DNA of 64,000 nt from Desulfatiglandales bacterium (GCA_963665715.2 CAXXPR010000002.1:372437-436436), one strand, 5' to 3'. Positions 1 to 9,829 are shown, counted from the first letter of the stretch. Numbers and translations are program-made. Notes: generated by a model not told the origin, from the sequence alone.

Positions 1-91
1 TGGACACCCCGCAGAGGTCTGCGCCGCCGTAACAGCACCAGTTGCATAAAAAGCCCAGTATTCTTGGGTTATAGTTGACTGTTTTGCTCAT
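1..91 (-). CDS. mvhD: MvhD/BamF-like [2Fe-2S] subunit, 5' part only (runs off the window)
   Basis: Not in the ORF track. Manual translation from ATG at 91 gives MSKTVNYNPRILGFLCNWCCYGGADLCGVS, the MvhD/FlpD N-terminal signature; lies directly downstream of hdrA/bamE. Confidence 0.85.
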   Translation of the reverse strand, partial: MSKTVNYNPRILGFLCNWCCYGGADLCGVS

Positions 92-176
92 TGTTATCTT
101 TTCCCCTCCCCCAGCACCCAATGTTGCTCACTTAAGCTTGATTGTATATTTACTGAAATACAAAAGCTTAAATTTC

Positions 177-275
177 ACCACAGAGAGCACGGAGGACACG
201 GAGAAAACCCTTTATTATTAAAAATTAAAAACATTATCTTTTGTTTTTCTCCGTGCTCTCCGTGTCCTCCGTGGT
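177..275. repeat. Intergenic inverted repeat built of 9-nt units (cacggagga-like)
   Basis: Arms accacagagagcacggaggacacggagaaaa (177-207) and ttttctccgtgctctccgtgtcctccgtggt (245-275) are near reverse complements around an AT-rich spacer. Confidence 0.85.
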
Positions 276-348
276 TAACTAAAAAGAATTAAAATAATCA
301 AATTGGTACTAAGTCGAGAGTATTAATTAGATCCACACCCTAGGCTCT

Positions 349-3300
349 TTATTCATCTCCAATGGCGTTATCAAAATGGTTCTCAACTTTATTTATTAAA
401 AACAATGCATCAATCTGCGATGATATTTCATCATCTGTAAAGTGCCTTAAAAAGACAGCTCCTGTAGGGCACCTGGAATTACACAATCCGTCTCCCTTGC
501 ACAATACCGGGTTAACTCTTGCTTTTTTACCTGCAGGTGTTTCGGCAAACGCTATTGCACCGTATGAGCATACTGAAATACATGCTCCGCATGACACGCA
601 GTCATCTTCATTTACACTGCATACTGATCCGGATGCTGTTACAGCATCTCTTGTAAGGACTGTGGCTGCTCTTCCGGCGGCTCCGTATGCCTGGCTGATT
701 GCTTCGGATATATGTTTTGGGTAATGGGCGGTACCGCATAAAAATACGCCTTCTGCGGCAAAATCTACGGGCCTGAGCTTTACATGAGCTTCTGTGAAAA
801 AGCCGTCTGCTCCAAGTGTCACTTTAAAAAATCTGGAAATACTCTCATTTGATTGTGACGGCACAACCGCTGCCGCAAGAACCAGCAGGTCGGCATCTAT
901 TGCCAGCTCTGTTCCAAGAACATAATCTTTTACTGCGACTCTTAATATCTGGTCATTTTCAACGGCTTCTACCATGGGCTTTTCTTCAGTTTCATAACGG
1001 ATGAATCTTACATCAAGTTCTGCTGCCTTTCTGTAGTAATCTTCTTTAAACCCGTATGTCCGCATATCTCTGAACAGGATCGTAATATCAATATCAGGAT
1101 TGATTTCTTTCATCTTAATGGCATTTTTTATGGAGTGACTGCAGCATACACGGCTGCAGTAGTTTCTTTCTTTATTTCTGCAGCCCACACACTGGATCAT
1201 GACCATGGTTTTTGCGTTTAATATGTTTTCATCTTCCAGGTCTATTCTTTCGCCCAGCTCTATATTTGTAACTACATTAGGGTTTTTTCCATACAGGTAT
1301 TCAGTCGGGGAATATTCATCAGCTCCTGTAGCAATGACGGCAATACCGTGTTTTATTTCTTTAGACATATTTCCGTATTTTACGTTTGTGGTAAAATTTC
1401 CGACATAGCCTGTGGTAGCAGTAATAACTGCCTCATTATATACATGGATGGAAGGATTTCTGTAGACTCTCCATATCAGGCTCTCCAGGAAGCTTTTTAC
1501 ATCATAGCCTTCAAGGGTGTAGTGGATTCTTTTTGCCATGCCGCCAAGTTCAGGTTCTTTTTCAAGCAGATATATTTCAAAGCCCTGATCAGCTAAACTC
1601 AAGGCAGCTGTCATGCCGGAAACACCTCCGCCGATAACAAGACCTCTTTTATCTACAGGCAGTTCATACTCACTTAATGGTTCCAATAGAGCTGTTCTGG
1701 CAACGGACATCCTTATAATTTCCTTAGCTTTTAAAGTCGCTTCTTTAGGTTCCTTTGAATGAACCCAGGAGCAGTGTTCTCTTATGTTGGCCATTTCAAA
1801 AAAATAGGGGTTAATACCACCTTCGCGGCAGGTGTCCCTGAAAAGAGGTTCATGAGTTCTCGGGGTGCATGCTGCAACAACAACTCTGTTAAGCCCCTTT
1901 TCTTTTATCTGGTTTGCAATCTGCTGTGCATTATCCGTTGAACAGGCGAAAAGACTTTCCTGTGCATGTACAACATTGGGAAGTGTTGCTGCATAATCCA
2001 CAACATCAGGCACATCAACAACTCTTCCTATATTGGCTCCGCAGTGACATACAAATACACCTACCTTAGGCATTTCACCTTCTGTATTTCTTTCTTCAGG
2101 GTAAACTCTTTCTTTATCGAGCTTTCCCCTGCGGTATGAAAGCAGTTTGCCCGAAAGAGCGCATGCTCCGCTTGCTGTTACAACGGATTCCGGAATATCT
2201 ATCGGGCCCTGAAATGCCCCGCTTACAAATATTCCGGGCCTGGTTGTTTCTATGGGATTAAAGGGATTTGTTTTACAGAAATTGTGCTCATTTAGTTCAA
2301 TACCGAATGTACTGGAAATATTTTGAACTCCTTCAGGCGGGTTAAGCCCTACAGATAATACCACAAGATCAAACTCTTCTTCTTTTACCCCTTCATCATA
2401 TGTTGAGTATTTTACTGTTACGTTTTTTGTTATCGGGTCTTCTTTTCCGATAGAGACATAGCTTCTTATAAATCTAATATCAGGGAGGTTTTCCGTCCTC
2501 TGATAAAATCTTTCAAAATCTTTTCCGAATGAGCGTATGTCATTATGAAAGACTGTACACTCAGCATCTGCGTGGTGATCCTTGGTAAGAATAACCTGTT
2601 TCTGTGTGTAGGCGCAGCACACTGCAGAGCAGTAGCTGTTGTCGCCCGGTGTAACACGTCTTGAACCCACACATTGAATCCAGGCAATTTTATGAGGGTG
2701 TTTGTGGTCGGAAGGTCTTAATATTTCTCCTTCAAATGGACCTGTTGCACATAAGAGCCTCTCATAATCAAGGCTTGTTACTACATTTTGTAATTTTCCA
2801 TAGCCGTAGTCGTTCTTTAAACCGGGGTTAAATACATCATATCCGGGAGAAAGGACTATTGACCCCACTTCTATTTCGACCCTCTCCGGTTCCTGGTGCA
2901 GATCTATGGCTTCGTTCTTACATGCACCAACGCATATGTTGCATTTTTCATCCTTAAAGTAGAGGCACGTATCTGTATCCACATAGGTTATCAAGGGAAC
3001 TGCCTGAGAAAAGTAGATATGGATAGCCTTGTTCATGGAGAGGTTCTGGTTGTATGGGTCGGGTATTTTAACAGGACAGTATTCTACACAGGTGTTGCAG
3101 CCTGTACATTTATCCTCTATCACGTATCTCGGCTTTTTTATGAGGCTTACAGTAAAACTGCCAGCCTCGCCTTCGACTCTTTCAACCTCGGTATAGGAGA
3201 GGATATCAATATTCGGGTGTCGATCACATTCTATAAACTTCGGCGATTCTATGCACATGGAGCAGTCATTGGTAGGGAAAGTCTTGTCCAGCTGACTCAT

Positions 3301-3441
3301 TTTTCCGCCGATTGCAGGGGCTTTATCCACCAGGAATACTTTAAAGCCTGTCTGGGCAAGATCAAGAGCAGCCTGTATGCCGCTTATGCCTGCACCAACG
3401 ATCATTACATCGCCGTAGTTGTTAGAGTTTTGTTTTTTCAT
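349..3441 (-). CDS. hdrA: Large HdrA-like flavo-iron-sulfur protein (BamE-type, two FAD domains)
   Basis: Two Rossmann motifs (VGAGISG, IGGGVSG), DKTFPTNDCSMC, two QCVG..R..YCS.VCC motifs, CxxCxxCxxxC ferredoxin motifs. Start moved to ATG 3441 because the longer ORF only reads through a REPIN. Confidence 0.93.
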   Translation of the reverse strand: MKKQNSNNYGDVMIVGAGISGIQAALDLAQTGFKVFLVDKAPAIGGKMSQLDKTFPTNDCSMCIESPKFIECDRHPNIDILSYTEVERVEGEAGSFTVSLIKKPRYVIEDKCTGCNTCVEYCPVKIPDPYNQNLSMNKAIHIYFSQAVPLITYVDTDTCLYFKDEKCNICVGACKNEAIDLHQEPERVEIEVGSIVLSPGYDVFNPGLKNDYGYGKLQNVVTSLDYERLLCATGPFEGEILRPSDHKHPHKIAWIQCVGSRRVTPGDNSYCSAVCCAYTQKQVILTKDHHADAECTVFHNDIRSFGKDFERFYQRTENLPDIRFIRSYVSIGKEDPITKNVTVKYSTYDEGVKEEEFDLVVLSVGLNPPEGVQNISSTFGIELNEHNFCKTNPFNPIETTRPGIFVSGAFQGPIDIPESVVTASGACALSGKLLSYRRGKLDKERVYPEERNTEGEMPKVGVFVCHCGANIGRVVDVPDVVDYAATLPNVVHAQESLFACSTDNAQQIANQIKEKGLNRVVVAACTPRTHEPLFRDTCREGGINPYFFEMANIREHCSWVHSKEPKEATLKAKEIIRMSVARTALLEPLSEYELPVDKRGLVIGGGVSGMTAALSLADQGFEIYLLEKEPELGGMAKRIHYTLEGYDVKSFLESLIWRVYRNPSIHVYNEAVITATTGYVGNFTTNVKYGNMSKEIKHGIAVIATGADEYSPTEYLYGKNPNVVTNIELGERIDLEDENILNAKTMVMIQCVGCRNKERNYCSRVCCSHSIKNAIKMKEINPDIDITILFRDMRTYGFKEDYYRKAAELDVRFIRYETEEKPMVEAVENDQILRVAVKDYVLGTELAIDADLLVLAAAVVPSQSNESISRFFKVTLGADGFFTEAHVKLRPVDFAAEGVFLCGTAHYPKHISEAISQAYGAAGRAATVLTRDAVTASGSVCSVNEDDCVSCGACISVCSYGAIAFAETPAGKKARVNPVLCKGDGLCNSRCPTGAVFLRHFTDDEISSQIDALFLINKVENHFDNAIGDE

Positions 3442-3488
3442 TAGCCATTTCCTAAAAAAACGATTTTGATCAACCGGGGTCCGTCTTT

Positions 3489-3569
3489 GTAGGGGCACAG
3501 CGTGCTGTGCCCGCGTATTTACCGGATTCCACATCTCCCGGTAAATGGCACGGCACGCCGTGCCCCTAC
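3489..3569. repeat. GTAG-type REP doublet (REPIN)
   Basis: gtaggggcacagcgtgctgtgccc (3489-3512) and inverted ggcacggcacgccgtgcccctac (3547-3569); each arm is self-palindromic and the spacer pairs (tttaccgg/ccggtaaa). Confidence 0.85.
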
Positions 3570-3591
3570 GGTTTTATTCATTGATCTCATA

Positions 3592-4743
3592 TTAAATCAC
3601 CGCCTCAACAATCTCGGTTATATCCATAATACTTATTTTATCCTCAGCATCCAGCGTAAGCCTGCTGTCTTCAAAGTTTGCTATGCAGTAGGGGCATGCA
3701 GTTACAAGGATTTCCGCTCCTGCATCAATTGCCTGCTCGACCCTGATATCGCAGAACCTTTCACCCTTTGGCGTTTCCATCCATATTCTTCCTCCACCGC
3801 CTCCGCAGCAGAGACTCTCCTCATGGGATTCGGGCAGTTCAGTAAATATCAGTCCGGGTATTTTATTAAGAATCTCTCTGGGCTCATCATATATATTGTT
3901 ATGTCTTCCCAGGTAGCACGGGTCATGATAGGTAACTTTTCTCTCAAATCCTTTACTGAATTTGAGTTTTCCCTCTTCAAGCAGCTGAAAGATAAGCTGT
4001 GTAATATGAATAATATCAAAGTTCACCCTGAAATCAGGGTATTCATTTTTAAATGTGTGATAACAGTGGGGAGATGAGACAATTATCTTTTTTACTCCGC
4101 TGTCTATAAATGTTTTAATATTTTCCTTTGCGAGTTTTCTAAAAAGGTCCTCATCTCCTGTTTTACGTATGCTTTCTCCGCAGCAGTTTTCTTTCGTGCC
4201 AAGTATTCCAAAATCCACCCCGGCGTTTTTTAATATAGATGCTGTTGCTTTTGCCGCCTTTTTAAGTCTCGGATCGTAGCTCAGGTAACAGCCGCTGAAG
4301 TACAGATACTCCATCTCTTCGGTGAACTGTTTTACACCTGTTCCTTCGGACCAGTTTGCACGGTTTTTTCTCTCTTCATTAAGCGGGTTTCCTTCACCTA
4401 CCAGGCTTGCGCTTATTCCTTTTACCGGTTTTGCTGTTGCCGGAAAGACTCCGTATTCTGTTGCTATCCTTCTTAATGCCACACCTGAATCAATCTGCCT
4501 TACATCCCTCGGGCACTGGCTCGGGCATCTTCCGCATGTGGTGCATAGCCATATGTCTTCACTTTCTATCTCGGTCATGCCGAATGCCGCCTGTCTTACT
4601 ATTTTTCTCATGCTGAAATCTCTTACCCTGTTCCAGGGGCAGACAGTGTCACATAAACCGCACTGGAAACACATTTTAAATGCATCTCCGCCGCTTTCCT
4701 TTATTACATCTGCAATCTCTTTATAGTCGGCTATGTTTTCCAC
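3592..4743 (-). CDS. bamD: HdrC/HdrD-like Fe-S protein with CCG domains (BamD-type)
   Basis: CFQCGLCDTVCP, CTTCGRCPSQCP, ENCCG, YHDPCYLGR, LCCGGGGG, TACPYC; position between bamC and bamE homologs. Confidence 0.85.
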   Translation of the reverse strand: MENIADYKEIADVIKESGGDAFKMCFQCGLCDTVCPWNRVRDFSMRKIVRQAAFGMTEIESEDIWLCTTCGRCPSQCPRDVRQIDSGVALRRIATEYGVFPATAKPVKGISASLVGEGNPLNEERKNRANWSEGTGVKQFTEEMEYLYFSGCYLSYDPRLKKAAKATASILKNAGVDFGILGTKENCCGESIRKTGDEDLFRKLAKENIKTFIDSGVKKIIVSSPHCYHTFKNEYPDFRVNFDIIHITQLIFQLLEEGKLKFSKGFERKVTYHDPCYLGRHNNIYDEPREILNKIPGLIFTELPESHEESLCCGGGGGRIWMETPKGERFCDIRVEQAIDAGAEILVTACPYCIANFEDSRLTLDAEDKISIMDITEIVEAVI

Positions 4744-4747
4744 TTTT

Positions 4748-5293
4748 CTATTCCCCTGACATTCTGCTGAAGGTTTCCATTACCTTTTTCTTTCCATATC
4801 TTTTTACAAGCAGTTTAAAGGCCGCTTCCATATCATGATGACCTGTATCGTCTATCAATACTTCTTCTTCCCTCTCTTCGTAGGTAAGCGCTTCAAACTT
4901 GCATGCGTCAACACACATGGGTTTTTCAAGCGGCGGGTAGTCTTCGCACATGTCGCACTTTAAAGGCAGGCCGGAATCCGGCTCCTTGAAATAATCCCGG
5001 GACGGGCATGAGGCAGGGCAGAAGGCGCATTCTGAATATTCCTTTTCGTCTATCACATAAAGGTTTCTTCCGTTGCATTCCGCCTGAATATATCCCCCGG
5101 CACGTATGGGTACATACTGATCTCTTAATTCATCCATGAAAACACGTATTCTAGCCCTGTTGGGATTTATGCTGCTGTATTTGGGTACGGCATGAAAAGC
5201 GGAACATGCCATTTCACATGACCTGCATCCTGTGCAGTTATTGATGTTTACTTTTATCTCTTTAATGATTTTTGTTTTTTTGTCAGGCATCAT
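4748..5293 (-). CDS. bamC: 4Fe-4S electron-transfer subunit (BamC-type)
   Basis: CTGCRSCEMAC, CAFCPASCPSR..FKEPDSGLPLKCDMC, PMCVDAC; overlaps the bamB stop. Confidence 0.85.
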   Translation of the reverse strand: MMPDKKTKIIKEIKVNINNCTGCRSCEMACSAFHAVPKYSSINPNRARIRVFMDELRDQYVPIRAGGYIQAECNGRNLYVIDEKEYSECAFCPASCPSRDYFKEPDSGLPLKCDMCEDYPPLEKPMCVDACKFEALTYEEREEEVLIDDTGHHDMEAAFKLLVKRYGKKKVMETFSRMSGE

Positions 5294-7275
5294 GCTGCAG
5301 CTTCCTCCTCTATTTCAGGGGGATTATTTACAGTAGTAACAGGAGGCGGAACTTTTTCTTCTCCGGTGAGTATCCCGGTTTTGATAAACTCCCTGCTCAC
5401 AAAATCAAGGTCAAGGTATTCCAGTGTCTCCTTTGCCGGGATTCCCTCTTTGGTCCATCCCTTAAATGCATAGTAATCATCAAGGAGGTTCTGCTCAAAG
5501 TCTTCATCCCTTACTGCCCAGTGGTCTTCCGGCGGACGCTCATGTTCTCTTCGTAATCCTCTTTTATTATTTACGGCCCGCACAAGGTTTCTGATCCTTT
5601 GAAAGCATTTCCACAGTTTTGCCCTGTCAAAATTGATGCCTGTTGCAAGGGTTAAGATTTCAGGTATGTTGTTCATATGAAAGCCGATTCCTCCTTCCCC
5701 TGCAAACTGGCCCCTGAATGACGATACAAACCCGCACAGGCCTATGGAGTCATCAATGTAATGCATTGCCTCATTCCAGTCCGTAATGGCGCACGATGCT
5801 TCGTTGGAAATGTCATTACGCTTTTCCCACTCCATAAAATATTTAATAAACCTGTCGTCAGGTACTGCTTCCCACTGTTCTATGAATTTTCTTCTTTCTT
5901 CCATGGTAGGAAGCGGATCCTGGGGAAAAGATCCTTCAATCTGGGTGATGGCCATTTTTTCGCCGGTTGCAATCATTAAAAAATAGGGCGGATTGAGTTT
6001 TCCTAATTTTATGGGAAGCTGTTCAAATTTTTTTGTGGTGTTGTGGTCATACTTTTCTGCTCCGTTACCTATCTTTCTCGCTGCATGCCATACTCCATCT
6101 GCAAGTATGTCTCCTATGCCTTCTCTTCTTACCACCTTTTCCATAAGGTAAAAGAACCTGTCCCCGCTGTCTTCAGGAAAGTCCGGAAGGTCTTTATCTG
6201 TAAGGATACCTGCCTCATAAAGTTCTACTGCAAAGGCAAATACCTGGGGGGTAGAATATGAATCAAGGCCGTATTCCTGGGCAATACCCAGTATCTCATA
6301 GGTGAAGTCGAGTTCCTTAAAGGCTGCCATATGGTAGGTGTCTTTACCGTAGCATTTATAGCCGAATCTTTTTTTACCCGGCCACTTTATCACGTTTCTG
6401 CACTTTTTGGGGCAGTTGTAACAGCTTGTCTGGCGGTCCATGTGGTCGTACTTTAAATTTTTCCAGCGTTCTTCAAGCTCGTCGCTCCAGAAGCCTCTTC
6501 TTCTTGTACGGGCATTTCCCCATGCAAAGTTGTTATGATGAAAGCTGTCATCCTCGTCTACCGCCATCCAGTCTCCGCATCCGTCGCTTTGTGCTATTTT
6601 TTTATGGACGGCCGTACAGATCTCAAACAACTCCTTCGGGCTGGCAATATTGATATCTTTTGTGCCTCGAACTGCAATGGCCTTTATTTTTTTATCGCCC
6701 ATAACAGGTCCCGGACCTCTCGCAGCGCTTGAATGACCATGGTCCATTGATGCAGTATAAACCCTGTTTTCGCCTGCAAGACCGATAGCCACCACCTGGA
6801 CCTTGTCATCCTTTAATTCCTTTTTAAGAAGGTCGCCTGTTTCCGTGCAGCCTTTACCGGCAAGGTGAGCTGCATCACGGATTTCTACAGTGTCATTATT
6901 GATATAGATATAGGAAAGCTTCGGGGCCTTGCCCCTTAATATGATCTTGTCATATCCTGCGTGTTTCATTTCAGGACCGAAGAACCCTCCCATGAGCGAG
7001 TGTGCCATCAGATTTGTCTGGGGTGAAATAGTGTTTACGGCAACCCTGTTTGCCGCGGGTACAGGTGTCGCGTGTAAAAGCCCGGCGCTGAATATAAGAA
7101 GGTTGTCGGGTGAGAATGCGTCGCAGTCTGCAGGAACTCTTTCAAAGATTATCTTTGCCGCAGTTCCCTGGCCCCCCAGAAACAGTTCTGTGTCTTTAGG
7201 GTCTGTTTCAACCTTTTCTATGTTCCCCCTGGTGAGGTCAATCTCCAGATTAATTCCTGTTTCCGAGTATCTCAT
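5290..7275 (-). CDS. bamB: Tungstopterin aldehyde:ferredoxin oxidoreductase-family protein, BamB-like (class II benzoyl-CoA reductase catalytic subunit or paralog)
   Basis: MRYSETG N-terminus, WGNARTRR, SCYNCPKKC, KC (putative W-ligand Cys), TQIEG, DW.E.MHYIDD, all recalled from BamB; bamBCDE gene order. Confidence 0.85.
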   Translation of the reverse strand: MRYSETGINLEIDLTRGNIEKVETDPKDTELFLGGQGTAAKIIFERVPADCDAFSPDNLLIFSAGLLHATPVPAANRVAVNTISPQTNLMAHSLMGGFFGPEMKHAGYDKIILRGKAPKLSYIYINNDTVEIRDAAHLAGKGCTETGDLLKKELKDDKVQVVAIGLAGENRVYTASMDHGHSSAARGPGPVMGDKKIKAIAVRGTKDINIASPKELFEICTAVHKKIAQSDGCGDWMAVDEDDSFHHNNFAWGNARTRRRGFWSDELEERWKNLKYDHMDRQTSCYNCPKKCRNVIKWPGKKRFGYKCYGKDTYHMAAFKELDFTYEILGIAQEYGLDSYSTPQVFAFAVELYEAGILTDKDLPDFPEDSGDRFFYLMEKVVRREGIGDILADGVWHAARKIGNGAEKYDHNTTKKFEQLPIKLGKLNPPYFLMIATGEKMAITQIEGSFPQDPLPTMEERRKFIEQWEAVPDDRFIKYFMEWEKRNDISNEASCAITDWNEAMHYIDDSIGLCGFVSSFRGQFAGEGGIGFHMNNIPEILTLATGINFDRAKLWKCFQRIRNLVRAVNNKRGLRREHERPPEDHWAVRDEDFEQNLLDDYYAFKGWTKEGIPAKETLEYLDLDFVSREFIKTGILTGEEKVPPPVTTVNNPPEIEEEAAA

Positions 7276-7335
7276 CTTTACCTCCTTTTACTTAAAAGAT
7301 GAAATCTTTTGAAAAAGAAAATTATCAGAGCGCGG

Positions 7336-8103
7336 TCAGTTGATCATAGAGAATCTGCAGTTGATTTCATCTGCTGTTTTTAAAAGAAATTCGGAAACGC
7401 CTTTTTTTGCATTGTTTTTAAATTCCTGTTTAAGGCCTACTGTCCATATTGCAGCCTGAAGGTCTTCGCGGTTTGTAATAACCGGAACCGCTGCAGCTAT
7501 AAGGCCTTCTATGTATTCTTCCATATCCCAGGCAATGCCTGTTTCACGGACTTTTAATATCTCTTTTTTAAACAGGCTTTTATCCGTAATGGTTTTTTGC
7601 GTGTATTTTTTTATGCTGTTTTTATGAAGGATTTCACCTATCTGATCATCAGGAAGCTGTGATAGGAGCACTTTTCCTGCAACACCTGCAAACACGGATA
7701 TTTTCATTCCGATTTCAGAGGATATTTTAATCTTCTGAGCCCTGTCGGCTTTATCTATTATAATGACATCATTTCCAGACAGGATTCCGAAAAAGGATGA
7801 AAGCTTATGTTCTCTGTTAATATTTTCAAGAAAGGGGTGAACTGTCTGGATCAGGTCCGATCCGACTGAAGCTGCATTTCCAAGTGTAAAAAGTTTTATT
7901 CCGGGGTAAAACAGTCCGTCAGATCTTTTTTCCAGTACTCCTATATTGTTGAGTGTATGCAGAATGTTAAAAACTGTGCTTTTATTAAGGTCAAGTTCCC
8001 TGACGATTTCGGTAAATCCGAGGGGTCGCTTTTTTTCCGTTATCAGCTCCAGAATAGAAAAGCATTTATCAATGGCAGGAACACGTTTGTAGTTTATAGG
8101 CAT
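7336..8103 (-). CDS. IclR-family transcriptional regulator
   Basis: N-terminal VPAIDKCFSILE..LNKSTVFNILHTL HTH; C-terminal G.AGKVLL and EEYIEGL.AAAVPV motifs. Confidence 0.93.
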   Translation of the reverse strand: MPINYKRVPAIDKCFSILELITEKKRPLGFTEIVRELDLNKSTVFNILHTLNNIGVLEKRSDGLFYPGIKLFTLGNAASVGSDLIQTVHPFLENINREHKLSSFFGILSGNDVIIIDKADRAQKIKISSEIGMKISVFAGVAGKVLLSQLPDDQIGEILHKNSIKKYTQKTITDKSLFKKEILKVRETGIAWDMEEYIEGLIAAAVPVITNREDLQAAIWTVGLKQEFKNNAKKGVSEFLLKTADEINCRFSMIN

Positions 8104-8167
8104 TTTAATCCTGAATCATACTGTTAAATAATTGTCAGAAAATACTTAAAAACCCATGTTATGCTAA

Positions 8168-8199
8168 ATGATCTCTATAGAGAACATATGATCTCTATA
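8168..8199. promoter_or_regulatory. Probable IclR operator (palindrome plus direct repeat)
   Basis: atgatctctatagagaacat (8168-8187) is a near-perfect palindrome; atgatctctata is repeated at 8168 and 8188; a minus-strand TTGACA lies at 8220-8225. Confidence 0.55.
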
Positions 8200-8417
8200 A
8201 AAGTAAATTTCACCGCTTTTGTCAAGTTTTAATTTTGTCAGCAGAACATGTCGGCTCCTGAATGCTTTCATTCAAAAACGCCTGTTTTGGCGTGAACACT
8301 GCTTGATTATTTTTTTGCTAAGAAGTATTCTCAAAAGAATCATCTTCTTCTAATATAGTTTTAATAAAGATATAATTATATCTCGAGAAATATAGTCCAT
8401 TTATTCCGGGTGGCTCC

Positions 8418-9809
8418 ATGAATACACACACAGATATTGAAAAAGGTTTTTCGAAAGAAAATATAGCCATGATAGAGAAAAGGATTGCTGAAAAAATTAA
8501 GGATTATGAAGAATATTCCTTTAATAAAACTCAGGACTGTTCTCTTAAGACCTTTTTTGATCTGTCGCAGGAATTTAAAAACAAGTTTGATATCTACTGC
8601 ATCTGTGTGCTGATACCCAAGGTGTTTTTTAAATATGAATGCATACTTTACCTGATGAACCCTGAGGGTGATCTCAGAATTGCGTGCAACTCACGAAGTA
8701 TTTTAGATGAAACAAAAGACCGGGTGTGTGAAATCCCGGTTTTTATTGAAAAGCCCCAGGTGTCGGGCAGTTCATACTTTGTACCGGTTAAGGGTAATGC
8801 TGCTTTATCACAGGATCTGCCAGACAAACTTAAAAACGGAGTTTTCGGGATTTTTGAGATCTGCGGAGGCAGTGATCTTTCTGATAATATGAAATTCTTT
8901 TTTGAAAAGTATGTAAACAGGATCGGCTTTCATCTTCATAACCGTATGATCAACGAGAAAAACAGGGAGCATCTTGCCTTTATCGGAAGCCTTGTTAATG
9001 ACATAGGTCATAACATTATAGTTCCCAACATGTTTTTTAAACTGTTTTTCAGAAGACTGCAGGGTAAAATGGACAGAGCCGGTGAGATAGCAAGGGATCT
9101 GAAGGAAAAAGCCAATCTTCGTCCGGAGGAGATCGATGAAGTTGCAGCCCGCCAGATACACAGCCTTACAGAAGAACAGGAATATATTTATGAATCCATG
9201 GATGAGCAGTTTCAGCAGATACTGTCACATTATGAGCAGACAAGTCTTTTCCTTGAAACACTTTTAAGGCGCTCCCATTTTGAGCAGGGGCGCTATGTAC
9301 TGGAGCCCAGGCTTATCAATATAAACGAAAAAATAATCAAACCACAGCTTAGCCGGTATCTTCCCAGGCTGCGTGAAAGAAACATTTCTGTTGATAATCA
9401 GGTAGCGGTAAACCCGGATAAAGAAGTTATGATTTCAGCGGATGTGGGTCTTATTTCACAGGCCTATGCAAATCTTTTTTCAAATGCTGTAAAATATACA
9501 AGGGAAGTAAAAGGTGAAGACGGTAAAACCGAAAAATATATATCCTTCAAGATGGAAACGTTAGACGATTTTTTTGGAGAAGGAAAACCGGGTGTAAAGC
9601 TTAACATGTTCAGTACCGGTGCTCCCATGCCTGATGAAGATACAAAGGGACTTTTTCAGGAAGGCTACAGGGGAACAAACACAGATGGAGAATACGGCAC
9701 CGGGCACGGTCTTCAGTTTATCAAGGAAGTGGTTGAACTGCACAATGGTGTTGCAGGGCATGAGTCTCTGCCGAACGGGAATGATTTTTATTTTGTGCTC
9801 CCGGCATAA
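8418..9809 (+). CDS. Cytoplasmic sensor histidine kinase (orphan)
   Basis: H-box-like DIGHNII.PN, N-box NLFSNAVKY, F-box LFQEGYRG, G2 GTGHGL; no obvious transmembrane helix. Confidence 0.8.
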   Translation: MNTHTDIEKGFSKENIAMIEKRIAEKIKDYEEYSFNKTQDCSLKTFFDLSQEFKNKFDIYCICVLIPKVFFKYECILYLMNPEGDLRIACNSRSILDETKDRVCEIPVFIEKPQVSGSSYFVPVKGNAALSQDLPDKLKNGVFGIFEICGGSDLSDNMKFFFEKYVNRIGFHLHNRMINEKNREHLAFIGSLVNDIGHNIIVPNMFFKLFFRRLQGKMDRAGEIARDLKEKANLRPEEIDEVAARQIHSLTEEQEYIYESMDEQFQQILSHYEQTSLFLETLLRRSHFEQGRYVLEPRLININEKIIKPQLSRYLPRLRERNISVDNQVAVNPDKEVMISADVGLISQAYANLFSNAVKYTREVKGEDGKTEKYISFKMETLDDFFGEGKPGVKLNMFSTGAPMPDEDTKGLFQEGYRGTNTDGEYGTGHGLQFIKEVVELHNGVAGHESLPNGNDFYFVLPA

Positions 9810-9829
9810 CTTTTTGTAGAGAATATTAG

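Noticed and set aside
177-275. Possible CRISPR array from short repeats
   Set aside because: Units are 7-10 nt, adjacent and inverted, with no unique spacers and no cas genes; the same applies to 22894, 27664 and 51682.
3442-3534. N-terminal extension of the HdrA ORF in the track (start 3534)
   Set aside because: It is read-through of the REPIN; homology-like sequence begins at MKKQ (3441).
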